DNA of 63,997 nucleotides, filler included, from Squatina squatina (taxonomy: Eukaryota), in assembly GCA_031763465.1 (NCBI GenBank). It is 4 parts of 4 records of this genome, joined end to end, with 100 filler letters (N's around TTAATTAATTAA, not from the genome) between each part and the next. Parts side by side here need not be neighbours in the genome. Positions count along the whole stretch, not along the records: positions 1 to 19,201 come from JARFOE010000115.1; 3 more parts are not named here. One strand, given 5' to 3'. This document shows, piece by piece, positions 1-12,357 of the stretch; position 1 is the stretch's first letter, and every line of letters starts with the position of its first letter. The notes under the pieces were generated by a model. The model was not told the DNA's origin, did no database searches, and worked only from the letters and a program-made list of their open reading frames with translations. A program made the position numbers and the translations under genes.

Positions 1-151
1 ATTCAGATCTAACTTATCATTTTCTGTTTTTATTTCAAATTTCCAGCATGTAGAGTTTTTAATTTTGCTGTCATGTGTTGGATGTAAGGGTAAAGAATGG
101 CACAAATGTAGGCTTGGCGATATTAACTCTTGTTTCTACTTTGCTGGTCAG

Positions 152-258
152 GTATTGTACAAGGAGACTTGCTGGAGGAGATTTACAACCAGGTGAAGCA
201 GATTATTGAAGAGCAGTCAGGGCCTTACATCTGGGTTCCGACCAAGGAGAAACTGTGA
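152..258 (+). CDS. DLG1: DLG1 (SAP97) terminal coding exon, end of guanylate-kinase domain
   Basis: Acceptor ...ggtcag|GT, then [37 protein letters not shown], the typical DLG1 C-terminus. Neighbours MELTF, PIGZ and SENP5 as at the human DLG1 locus. Confidence 0.9.
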
Positions 259-1142
259 AGTTTTTTCATAATAAGCATCATCCATTGCTCATGATGGCTC
301 TGGACCCCCTTCTACAGGATTCACACTCGCTCCTGTTGATCACAGATCTCTCTCTCTCTTTGTGTGTCATGAAAAGTGATTTGTCTTTCACCTGGGGGCG
401 TTCGCATCTCCTGTTTGTGAAAATTGCTTGTACGTGATACCTGATTAAAATTACCACCATCGTTTTTTTTTAAATGAAGAGGAAAGGCCTGACTAACTGT
501 TGAAGGGAGATTCTATGGTACAGTTCCTTAATGTTTAAGGGCAACAATTCTTCAGCAATTTTCAGAGAAGCTTTATATATATTTTTCTTTTAAAAATAAA
601 CTGAAAGAATGGAAAAGTAATCTTCATGTTTAGCATTGGGTTTGGAAAATAAATAACTCTAAGCAGCTTTTTGCACGATGAACTTTGGAAGCATGGTTTG
701 GCAGCGGAAATCCTGATGGCTTTATCGTTTGTCTCCTCCTGCATTACTGGCACAGGCCATGATTTGAGTTGTCTCTGATTTTTCATATTCTGTGCTGGGT
801 CAGTGATCCCCACTTTCATTGAACAAATTATAAATCAGCCTTTAAAGTGCNNNNNNNNNNNNNNNNNNNNNNNNNNNNNNNNNNNNNNNNNNNNNNNNNN
901 NNNNNNNNNNNNNNNNNNNNNNNNNNNNNNNNNNNNNNNNNNNNNNNNNNNNNNNNNNNNNNNNNNNNNNNNNNNNNNNNNNNNNNNNNNNNNNNNNNNN
1001 NNNNNNNNNNNNNNNNNNNNNNNNNNNNNNNNNNNNNNNNNNNNNNNNNNNNNNNNNNNNNNNNNNNNNNNNNNNNNNNNNNNNNNNNNNNAAATCTAAT
1101 TTGAGAAACTACACATCACCCCGAGGTACCTTCTTTCTCCAG

Positions 1143-1328
1143 GTTATTCATCGCCTGCCGATGCCCAACTTGAACGACGAGCTCCACCATTCCGGCTGGA
1201 ATGCTTGCAGCAGTTGCTATGGAGACACATCGAAGATGCGGAACCGGCTGATCTTGCCGTCCCTGATCTCGTCCAGAATTTACGTGGTTGATGTTGGGAC
1301 GGAACCCCGGGCTCCCAGAATTCATAAG
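1143..1328 (+). CDS. SELENBP1: Selenium-binding protein 1 (methanethiol oxidase) internal exon, isolated
   Basis: ttctttctccag|...|gtgacc, 186 nt, [62 protein letters not shown], near-identical to SELENBP1. No other SELENBP1 exon is seen and it is not part of this synteny block. Confidence 0.9.
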
Positions 1329-1983
1329 GTGACCGGTTTGAGTTCTGGACCTCGACCGCCTCTGCTCTTTCCAGGCTGCAGCCAGTGACATAACTTCACT
1401 GCCTAGATAAAAGGTAGGTTCAGAACAAATACTGAATGTTTTCTTCTTTTCTCTCCTTGGTATTCTTATTTTTAAATTCTTTGAATAAAATGATCTCTGA
1501 TAAAAAATTTCCCAAGACCAGTCCTCCCTGCTGCCTACTTGGCTTCTCATCAGTGTGTATTCGACCTTATGGACGTACTTTTAGCCTTTTCAATTAAATT
1601 TTGATGATTTTTTGACATTTCTTAACATTTTCAGATAGCTGCTCTTTAAATCATAAAATAATTTTTACATTTTATGTACGTTTCCCAGTGGGAATTGCAA
1701 AGATGTCATATCTTCCATTGTAGCTCTCAGTCAGAGTTGTACAGGCTTCTGTGTTGAGAAAATATATTTTAGCAGTTATAGAGTATGTTCTCAAATGAAG
1801 CTCTAACTACATTATTAGATGAACTGCCTGGTACCTGAACTTTGCTAGTAATTTGGAGGTGACTTTGTTTTATATAGGAATAATGTGCTTACAAGCAGTT
1901 CAGTACACCTTGACCCTTCTGGTGCTGCAGTTTGTACAGACACTCATCTATATCCATTCCATTGTCAAAAGAGGGGAACAGCT

Positions 1984-1989
1984 AATAAA
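1984..1989 (+). terminator. Candidate DLG1 polyadenylation signal
   Basis: AATAAA followed by GT/T-rich sequence at the end of an AT-rich 3'UTR-like stretch. Confidence 0.4.
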
Positions 1990-2723
1990 CTTTAATGTAC
2001 AATTGACTTCTTTGTGATGTGTTTTTTTTAACATGTTCCAATTCAAAAGCATGCGATGGAAAAAGAAAGCAAGGAAATCCGGTGATACAATGGGGAGTAA
2101 NNNNNNNNNNNNNNNNNNNNNNNNNNNNNNNNNNNNNNNNNNNNNNNNNNNNNNNNNNNNNNNNNNNNNNNNNNNNNNNNNNNNNNNNNNNNNNNNNNNN
2201 ATTAATTTTCCTTTCGATGGAATCCATTTAAGTCCTGCCGGAATATTTGGACATCACTCTTTTTAGCGCCTTCTCCGAATAAGCAATGCACACAGTGATG
2301 TCGCATCTGTTTTTGCAGAAACACTGCCAATAAGTAACAAGAACGGAGTGCAACTAATAAATTACTACATACAATGACCTTCTCTTTAAACAGTCATGAT
2401 CAACCCCAAATCATTTTTCTACCACTTGCACAAATAACATGTTAAAATCTACAAATTACTCTTCTTAAATCAGCTGCTCTGTGGCTTCCTTGTGAGCTGT
2501 CGTAACATCACTGAGCTCAGGGAAACTAAGTGTCCTTTATTGCTTTTAATGTCCGTATTGTTTCAGCTCTGCAGCAGTTTAAATTGAGAACTCATTCGGT
2601 CTGATGCAGATTATTTTTGTTTTTGTTTCAGTTCCTCTCCTCGAATAGTTCGGTTCAACAAGGACGAATTGCCCGCACCTCTCTGATTTGAAATGGGTCA
2701 TGTGGCAGATCACGGACCGGAGA

Positions 2724-2788
2724 TTATATGAAGAAACTATGCAGCATTAAAATGAGCAGAAACAGCAACGACATCGTGGGTGGAATCA
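2724..2788 (-). CDS. MELTF: Candidate MELTF terminal exon encoding the GPI-anchor hydrophobic tail
   Basis: Minus strand tctttcttccag|TG ATT CCA... gives (V)IPPTMSLLFLLILMLHSFFI-TAA in phase 1. Minus-strand AATAAA at 2536-2541. It lies 3' of the other MELTF exons. Confidence 0.6.
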
Positions 2789-4399
2789 CTGGAAGAAAGA
2801 TACGTAATCTGAGAGAAAATTCTAGTTTCAAAAATCAGTAATTTATCAATATAAAAATAAAATTTTCATAGCACCTCATCACATTTTCAAAAGCCCTTCA
2901 CAAAATGAATTATATCTTGGAATAGTATTATGTAAAAATAAAGGGGCAGCTGTGGATCTGAAAATACTAACAGCTTTAATCCCCTCAGCATTATTTAACA
3001 TTTACACAAAGTGCTGTCAATGTATTGCACTGCAACATTCTGTGCAATCACAAATAGTCTGGTATCCTGAGGTCATATTCCATGAAATTCTAAGTCCTAG
3101 ATGCCACATTCTGGGATCTAACATTATATGGCACTAAAGCGCCACAACATCAAATAAATGACTAACGTCAAAGTTGTTTGTCAAAAATTCATTAAATACT
3201 AGACGATTGTCGTGCAATTTATAACACAATTTGATCACAGTCTTATAATTTACAGACAGCTATCCAGTGTCCTTTCTGCAGCCTGCACCAATTTATCTCC
3301 TAATGCACACAGTGTGAAACAGAATATTTACCGAGGTGTATTTCAACGGAATATCTTATGTAAAATATATTTTGATAGGGAGTAGAAATAACATAAGTGA
3401 ACGATTTAAGCCAAATAAATGTGATTTCCCTTAGGCATGCATAAAAGGCTAAAATCTGGCTTTTCTCTTCAGAGACCATCAACAGATTTTTATGTTTCCT
3501 GATCATTTCCATGTACCCAGAAATAGCAGCCCTTACAAATTTTTGTAAGAAAGAAAAATAAGGCAACAAGGAATGAGAATAACAGGAGAGACTGGGTATA
3601 TTGCAATTTCAGTGAGTCATGAAAGTAATCACAGTTACAGTAGATCAAAATGATTTTGTTATATTTGACTGTCCCTATGTTGGATATTGAGTACAGAAAC
3701 AGCAACGTTTCCCCAGCAGGAAGAAAATGAGATGAAATGTTGGAAAATACTTAAAAATTCACCTAGGGGTTGAAATCTTGATGCGTGAGTGTGAAATTCC
3801 TCTGCTACTTAAAGAAAGGCTTTTAAAGGAAATGGGTTAACACCTTTTTTGAAACAATAGAAAAAGGAGTTTCATACACATTAATACATTCATTACCAAT
3901 ATCAGGCAGTGAGATTTTAAACTTTTGCGATTCCTATATTGACTTTGACACGTTGGAGCAGATCTTGACTTGGTGCGATAGTGTTAAACGGGTGTTAGTG
4001 ATTCAGCAGCCNNNNNNNNNNNNNNNNNNNNNNNNNNNNNNNNNNNNNNNNNNNNNNNNNNNNNNNNNNNNNNNNNNNNNNNNNNNNNNNNNNNNNNNNN
4101 NNNNNNNNNNNGTTCCATGACCATTGACTCCATCTGCTAGAAATTAGGAACTAGCCACCTCTTCCATTCTTTCGCAGTGACGGTAGACAGGGTAGTGCTT
4201 CATTTGATGCAGGAAGACTGTCTCACTGCCACACAACAACCCATCCAGCAGACAACAGCAGTTTGCATTTTTAAAGCACATTTAACAAAAGAAAATATCC
4301 CAAGGTGCTTCATGTAGGGGAGAGATGGAATGAATCTTGAGCCCATATTCTCTAGTTCTACAATCTCACACATATTGTCAGGGTTCAATTTATTTATTC

Positions 4400-4640
4400 C
4401 CTGAATAATTTTAATTACTTGAACAATATCTCCGCAGAGCCTGCACTTTCCCAGAGTAAATAAGCCCAAACATAGTTTAGCTGCCTTAGGCTTCGTATCA
4501 GTTTGGTTGCCCTTTTCTGCACAACCTCCAAATGCTTGAATATCTTTATCGTAGCACAACGGGCAGAATCTCACTACTTCTGGTGTGGCCTTACCAGTGC
4601 CTTGTTCAGGCTCACTATCAGCTTCTAGAATTCGTGCTTT
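4400..4640 (-). mobile_element. Degenerate CR1-like LINE ORF2 3' fragment
   Basis: Minus translation resembles the CR1 C-terminal motif region (LGLFTLGK..L.GD..QV.KII.G). Confidence 0.5.
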
Positions 4641-5603
4641 ATACTTGAGGAGGAAAGAAATTGCAGGGCTGTGGGGAAAGGGCAGGGGAATTGGACTAAT
4701 TAGCTCTTTCATACAGGCAGTGCAGGAACAATGGGCCAAATGGCCTCCTGTGCAGCAGCACTTTATGGTTCTATGATCCCCATTGGCTATGCTGATTAGC
4801 TTCCCATACTGCTGCTGCACACCACACTATTGGTTTCAGTGAGGAATCCACCAATACCCCAAGATCCTGTAGCCTAGAATCATTTAGCTTATATTCCTAC
4901 TGTTTACTTCAATCCACTAGTATCACTGCCTTGCACTGATCCACTTTAAATGTCACTCATTAGCCCACATTCTGACCTATCCAGATCCTTTCTACCAGAT
5001 TTGAAGTGCCCTGTTGTTTGAACACCCTGCCCCAAAATTTGGATTCATCTGTAAAATTAAATGGCTTTGTTTCTGTCCCCAACTCCAAATCATTTTTATG
5101 CCCTGTAAGCAGCGCTATTATCTGTGGCAGCCCCACTCGTGATCCTTTGCTATGTCAACATGGCTCCATTCACAGCCACCCTTTGCTTTCCCTGGTTTAG
5201 CCAACTTTCAATCCACCTGAGAAACCTACCTCTAATTCCACAGCTTCCTACCTTTTGGGATTAATACTTTGTGTGACAAGTGTGAAATCTAAACACATCA
5301 TATCCAGAGAATTTCTGCTGTCAACAAGGTCCATTGTTTTCTCGGGGAATTGCAGTAAATTTGTTAGTCTCGATCTCCCTCCCGTAAATGCATGCTGACT
5401 TCCTTTTGCCATGTTTCATTATCTCCTTTAGGATGTCATCTAAAACAGATGTTATGCTCACATGCTTGTAGTTACCCGAGTCATTCCAATGCCCCTTTTT
5501 TAAGATTCATGTTATGTTGGCTACTTTCCAGTCCTGGGGCACTACTCCAGTTTGTAATGATCCCCTATAATGGCCGTATATCAAGGAATATCCTTCCAGA
5601 TTA

Positions 5604-5852
<249 letters not shown>

Positions 5853-8266
5853 NNNNNNNNNNNNNNNNNNNNNNNNNNNNNNNNNNNNNNNNNNNNNNNN
5901 NNNNNNNNNNNNNNNNNNNNNNNNNNNNNNNNNNNNNNNNNNNNNNNNNNNNNNNNNNNNNNNNNNNNNNNNNNNNNNNNNNNNNNNNNNNNNNNNNNNN
6001 NNNNNNNNNNNNNNNNNNNNNNNNNNNNNNNNNNNNNNNNNNNNNNNNNNNNNNNNNNNNNNNNNNNNNNNNNNNNNNNNNNNNNNNNNNNNNNNNNNNN
6101 NNNNNNNNNNNNNNNNNNNNNNNNNNNNNNNNNNNNNNNNNNNNNNNNNNNNNNNNNNNNNNNNNNNNNNNNNNNNNNNNNNNNNNNNNNNNNNNNNNNN
6201 NNNNNNNNNNNNNNNNNNNNNNNNNNNNNNNNNNNNNNNNNNNNNNNNNNNNNNNNNNNNNNNNNNNNNNNNNNNNNNNNNNNNNNNNNNNNNNNNNNNN
6301 NNNNNNNNNNNNNNNNNNNNNNNNNNNNNNNNNNNNNNNNNNNNNNNNNNNNNNNNNNNNNNNNNNNNNNNNNNNNNNNNNNNNNNNNNNNNNNNNNNNN
6401 NNNNNNNNNNNNNNNNNNNNNNNNNNNNNNNNNNNNNNNNNNNNNNNNNNNNNNNNNNNNNNNNNNNNNNNNNNNNNNNNNNNNNNNNNNNNNNNNNNNN
6501 NNNNNNNNNNNNNNNNNNNNNNNNNNNNNNNNNNNNNNNNNNNNNNNNNNNNNNNNNNNNNNNNNNNNNNNNNNNNNNNNNNNNNNNNNNNNNNNNNNNN
6601 NNNNNNNNNNNNNNNNNNNNNNNNNNNNNNNNNNNNNNNNNNNNNNNNNNNNNNNNNNNNNNNNNNNNNNNNNNNNNNNNNNNNNNNNNNNNNNNNNNNN
6701 NNNNNNNNNNNNNNNNNNNNNNNNNNNNNNNNNNNNNNNNNNNNNNNNNNNNCACTGGTATTTCAGGTAAATGTGGACACTTTTAGAATGGAGAAGTTCC
6801 ACAGGACAGCCTGGCATAGTGTTTTTCTATTTATTTTAAAATGGAAGGTTGCAACCCCCGCAGAAATGTTAATATATACGTGCGACATTTGAGAAAATGC
6901 CTATTTTTGGAATGCATGTCTGCCCATTTGACATTCTAATTGGAGTTGTTGGCCTGCATGGAAACACCTGTTTGTCGGAATAAAATAACTGTTTTAGCTG
7001 CATCCAGCTAACTACCATGCCTGATTGAGAAAGAGGCACACTTATGTCCTAAAAGATAACAACAGAACTGTCAAAACACAATGCCAAGCACTTGTGTGAA
7101 AGTCCAAGTACTTGTCTTCATAGTGGAAAGTGGGAATGCCAGTTTCCTTTCTACCTCATGCTCCTTCTCCTGGTGGCACCAATTTAATTTTCCAAGCCAG
7201 AAGCATCTAGTCCTCACCAGATGCACAGCTAACATCCTCATCTCCCACTCTCAACAGCAGTTTGTCGTTGGGCCTGCCAAATCAATATGAAGATTTCCAT
7301 GCTTGCTAAGCCCTGAACTGGACAATCTTAATACTGGCTAAAATCTTAAACACAACAGCTCACAATTTGTGGCATTTTGCCAATATTGTCAGCAACGTGG
7401 CCAAGTGTTTAAACAAGTTGTTCTAAGTAAGAGTATAATCTATTTGGTAACTGGGTTTTATCTGCACAACAATTTAGCCCAAGCCAATAACTGCCCGTCT
7501 CTTGAGATAAAGGCTAGCCACTTTTAAAATCAGTATCTTTATGTGGAATGCACTCATTCAACCTCTACGTGAATCCCTGCATAGAGGACAAAGTGACAAT
7601 TTCATGAGAACTAGNNNNNNNNNNNNNNNNNNNNNNNNNNNNNNNNNNNNNNNNNNNNNNNNNNNNNNNNNNNNNNNNNNNNNNNNNNNNNNNNNNNNNN
7701 NNNNNNNNNNNNNNNNNNNNNNNNNNNNNNNNNNNNNNNNNNNNNNNNNNNNNNNNNNNNNNNNNNNNNNNNNNNNNNNNNNNNNNNNNNNNNNNNNNNN
7801 NNNNNNNNNNNNNNNNNNNNNNNNNNNNNNNNNNNNNNNNNNNNNNNNNNNNNNNNNNNNNNNNNNNNNNNNNNNNNNNNNNNNNNNNNNNNNNCCTCTT
7901 GTATAAAATGTTTCTCACTTTGTTGTTCAAATTGAATTATTGAAGGAATGACTAAAGGGCTATAGAACAGAAATCCATTAGTTATCTGAATTAATCCAGA
8001 TCAGCAAAAGATTCCTTGTTGTGTGCTTGTCAAGACTGGTCTGTGCTATGATGAAATGTATCTGTTAGAGGAAGAGCGCTTTAGCTTTCAAAGGGGACTC
8101 AATGCCCTCTTTGACTCTTATCTTCTGGCCATTATTGTTTCAAGGTTGCACAGCAGTTCCTGAAGTATAAGAGCGAGCCTTAATGTTCCCGCCCATGCAC
8201 CCTTTGAGAGTAGCTCCGCACTGGAAGCACATGATTGTAGAATTACTTGTATATTTTATTTCTTAC

Positions 8267-8363
8267 TGGTATAACTTTCGCCTGCAGCAGGCACCAATCC
8301 ATACAACTTTCCAGCTGTGTATATCTGTCCTGCATCCAATGTAACTGCATCAATGTCCTTATT
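8267..8363 (-). CDS. MELTF: Melanotransferrin C-lobe exon
   Basis: tttacag|[32 protein letters not shown]|gtaag, 97 nt. Matches the MELTF C-lobe motif [15 protein letters not shown]. Confidence 0.88.
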
Positions 8364-10105
8364 CTGTAAAGAAGCAAATGAGCTAATTAGTGCTGTGATT
8401 AATCCAAGCTTTATTAAGAAGGGTAACATAAATTCCATTTCATTATACAGTTTAAAGTAAAACCATTATAGGGGAAGGTACATTCAATATGAAGCCTAGC
8501 CCACATAGTTGGGGGTGCAAGGAAGGAGAAAAATGCTGATATACTCTGGTGGAGTAATTCGCCGACCAGAAGCCCAGTGCAACCTGGACATGGGGAACAA
8601 GTCACTCAATTGATGGATTCATCAGTGAACAGATCTCAGAACGATTATGTGGAGCTGTATTCCTGGTCCAAGATGCTGTCTACTTGTCTGCTATTGAGTT
8701 TTTTTTTTACACTCATGACAGCTCCAGCATCAGCATTTAGGACTAAGGATCCAAGCTGTGTCAATGAATTTCACTCAGCGATTGACCCATTGCTTAAATG
8801 AGTAAAGCTGCTCTTTAAATTACCAATACTCTGAACATAGTCCTGCAATCTTAAATTGCATTGACAAAATTATCATGTGTCTTCTCTTTCCTCCCCTTGA
8901 TTGCTCAAGGCAGTGACTTATTATGGAATATGGNNNNNNNNNNNNNNNNNNNNNNNNNNNNNNNNNNNNNNNNNNNNNNNNNNNNNNNNNNNNNNNNNNN
9001 NNNNNNNNNNNNNNNNNNNNNNNNNNNNNNNNNTCACTGGGAAAGGAAACAAAACAAAGAGGGAGAAAGAACAAGTAATCCTTGAACAAACTCACAGCTG
9101 TCACAGTGACACAATCACAAGCAGTCATTTTCCAGTACCACAGTGTGCCTTGCCTCTCAGCCAGGCACTGCTCCAGGGCTCTTGTGTATGATACTGAAGG
9201 GCTTATATCATCTCTGCCGTATATCAGAGCTGCAGGCTGTGCTAATGCAGATTCTGAATGAGCAGGCAAAGTGCTTTTCTTTCGAGCACTCCAAAAGCAG
9301 GTTCAATCCAGACAATCTTTCACTGGCAGTAACAAGCACCAGGATTCACAGAACAAAATTGCAGATAAGGACCCTACACTTCAAGAATACCAGTCAAAAT
9401 AGGGCCACCATCATGCTTCTGATACTTGTATGTAAAGCAAAGTACAACAGTAACTGTATCAGTACATGTATGAAGGTCCCATGATTTGTTCTTAGCCCAT
9501 AAGGCAATCTTTAATCATACTTTTGCTGTCTTCCATCCACTGAACACATCAGAGTTAAATTGCACTTTGCCCTCCAGGACATGAATTTTAAGCCAGTCAG
9601 ACTGATGGGATGATCTCTCTCTCTATCTCTCCTTCTATATGTGTCTCTTTTATATAAGATAGAGGCCACTGAATGACGTGGTTAGGTGAGGAATGGAGCA
9701 CTGGAAGAGAAACCAAACANNNNNNNNNNNNNNNNNNNNNNNNNNNNNNNNNNNNNNNNNNNNNNNNNNNNNNNNNNNNNNNNNNNNNNNNNNNNNNNNN
9801 NNNNNNNNNNNNNNNNNNNAAGGACAGACAGTTTGGCGATACAAATCCTTCAGAATAAACAAAAACTCCAAATGATAAACATTCAGTGATACTTTCACTC
9901 GTCATTTTTGCAATGCATTTAAAATACACACAGATGTGTTAAAAATTGTGCTCTAATTATTTTGAAACTCTCCACTTGAATTCCTACACATTCGCCTTGT
10001 CCAAACAGACTGAGCATTATCGACTTTCCGAGCAGCCTTATGCCTGTTAGCCTCAAATTACAACCCCTGCGTTTGCCTGGAACTGAAAGAATTTCTTGTG
10101 CTCAC

Positions 10106-10160
10106 CCAAATTGAAGATGCCGACTAAAATGCACACAGCCCATACAGCGGAACTCTGCAT
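10106..10160 (-). CDS. MELTF: MELTF exon 1 (signal peptide)
   Basis: ccATG, MQSSAVWAVCILVGIFNL-G|gtgag, a hydrophobic signal peptide with a phase-1 donor. TATA box about 60 nt upstream of the ATG. Confidence 0.7.
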
Positions 10161-10221
10161 GGTGCGCTCCGTGTTCAGAATCGTGCCAGGCTCTCCGACC
10201 ACCTTGATTTCTTCAGCTCCC

Positions 10222-10227
10222 TTTATA
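10222..10227 (-). promoter_or_regulatory. TATA box of putative MELTF promoter
   Basis: GGTATAAAGG on the minus strand upstream of the signal-peptide exon. Confidence 0.5.
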
Positions 10228-11304
10228 CCTTTTGGTGGTGTCCGAGTTCGTTTTGTCAAGTTAACGATTGTAAGGAGAGGAGGCGTCCGCTGGAGTTAAG
10301 ATTCGGACTTTCCCCGAGTCATACTGCCAGTTGCAAAACCTCCTCCGGTGATTTAGTGATCGCTCCAGGAAAAATTGTGCAACTTTGTTTCTCTATTGCA
10401 CAATTTATAGGACAAGCTTCCAAAAAAACACTATATCCAAAGACAAAGAGTGCCTGGAAGAAGTGCAGTGTATTGCTCCAGGCCAAGTGCTAACACGTAG
10501 CTCTGCTAAGGAGTGAAAGATGATGAATTTCAGCACAGAAATTTAGTATGAGCGAACCCTTGCACATATCCTGTTCATCACAAAATCGAAATATCACATT
10601 AAGCAGAACATAAAATATGACTTCTTGCGAATTTCCATATTGGTGTTCAAGCCCACTGTGCCATGGAGTGGTAGGATGTAGATTCACTCACACCTGTGGT
10701 TCCCCACACACTGAGTCCCGAGTCTCTTGAGAAGGTACTGAGTGGAGGTCAGACACATCTCAACATGGAGGAAAATTTGAACATATGTCACCTTGAGGCA
10801 CCCCTCAGCAACCAATTACAGAGCAGCACAAGTCAATTGAGGAAGTGGGAGGAAAAATCAGAGGGTGAGTCACCCTGATGCGTTCTCATACAACCCTCAG
10901 GGAGAAGTTACAGAGCAGCATGTTACAAAGGAGGAGTTAATATTGGAGGTAACTCACTGATAGACTCACTGATAGGTGCTCACACACCTCTCAGTGAGAA
11001 GTTATAGAAGGACACTTGAAAGGCTTTGGAGCAATTCAATTGCTCACTCCCTCATCCCTGGTGCAGGTCTGAACTAAAATAAGGTGGAAGCAGAAAAATG
11101 GAGTTAACTTAAAAACAAACAGCATTAGAACATGATATTCAAATCTGATGAACATCTCAGTGTTCCCAAAACATCATACCTTGCAATTTACATGAGTTAT
11201 AATTNNNNNNNNNNNNNNNNNNNNNNNNNNNNNNNNNNNNNNNNNNNNNNNNNNNNNNNNNNNNNNNNNNNNNNNNNNNNNNNNNNNNNNNNNNNNNNNN
11301 NNNN

Positions 11305-11750
11305 GATGAAACAGGTTTTTAAGCAAGTGCAGGGGCAGGGAAAGGGGGGAGGGGAGGAAAGAACAAAAGGGAAGGTCTGTGCTAGGGTGGAAGGCAGAAG
11401 AGATTAAGAAACATTAAGAGGATGGTGCAAGACAAAAGGAGATGGTAATGAGCAAGTTAAGAAGCAAAAGATAGGGCGTGTTGGAGAATCAACAGCAGCT
11501 GTGAGGGAAACAAAAACAGAAAATAACTAAATAAATATAAAAATAGGGGCAGAGACTATGGTCTGAAATTGCTGAACTCGATGTTGAGTCCGGAAGGCTG
11601 TAAAGTGCCTATACGAAAGGTGAGGTGCTGTTCCTCGAGCTTACATTGAGCTTCATTGGACAGTGTAGGAGGTCGAAGACAGAGAGATCAGAGTGGGAAT
11701 GAAATGGAGAATTAAAGTGGCAAGTGACCGGAAGCTCAGGGCCATATTTG
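11305..11750 (-). mobile_element. Penelope-like element 3' region (C-terminal end of GIY-YIG ORF plus tail)
   Basis: Minus strand encodes NEAQCKLEEQHLTFRIGTLQPSGLNIEFSNF. Same family recurs at 21165, 22460, 32354 and 33740. Confidence 0.75.
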
Positions 11751-12357
11751 TGGATTTGTAGTAGATATCAGTGGACGTACTATCTCAAGTGAAGACGACA
11801 GAGAAGTCGAAGAAGGAAAGGAAAGAGGTACACGTGTATAAAGAGTTTGAAGATATCAGGGGCATGTTGTGGATTTTGAGCAGGAGATGGAGCAACGAGT
11901 CTTGATCTCATCACACTGAGGACACAAAGAAGACAGTGTAATTGGAGCTTGAGAGGAATAAGAGAGGAAAACTACAGAGTAATGACCATATTAGTTTCAA
12001 AGGCATAGTGACAAATGTTGCACGTGAGAGAGCTTGAAGTCCAGAGGTGAGAGAAGGATCATCGATCAAATGACTAGCACTTTCTTGTACTCTTCAATGA
12101 CTGATAGAGAGGAAAATAAGTGTTTGCCACAGAGGGAAAAAAAACATGTTTCTTCGAGCCAGCTGTAGCAATAGAGGTGATGCACTTCCATTAGAGATCA
12201 GAGGAGATAGTAAGATCAAGCATTGGAAGAGGCTAAGATGAAATCATCAAAGGTAAGAGGTAGTAATTTGTTGGCTGGACTTTGCATTATAGAGTATATA
12301 TAACGCTCAAAATAATTTGTTTTCCTCATTTCGAATGCACCTTTGTTTTCTTTACAG

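Noticed and set aside
9091-9269. Minus ORF containing CLAERQG, resembling transferrin CLAEGAG
   Set aside because: No GAFR or GDVAFVK context; chance similarity.
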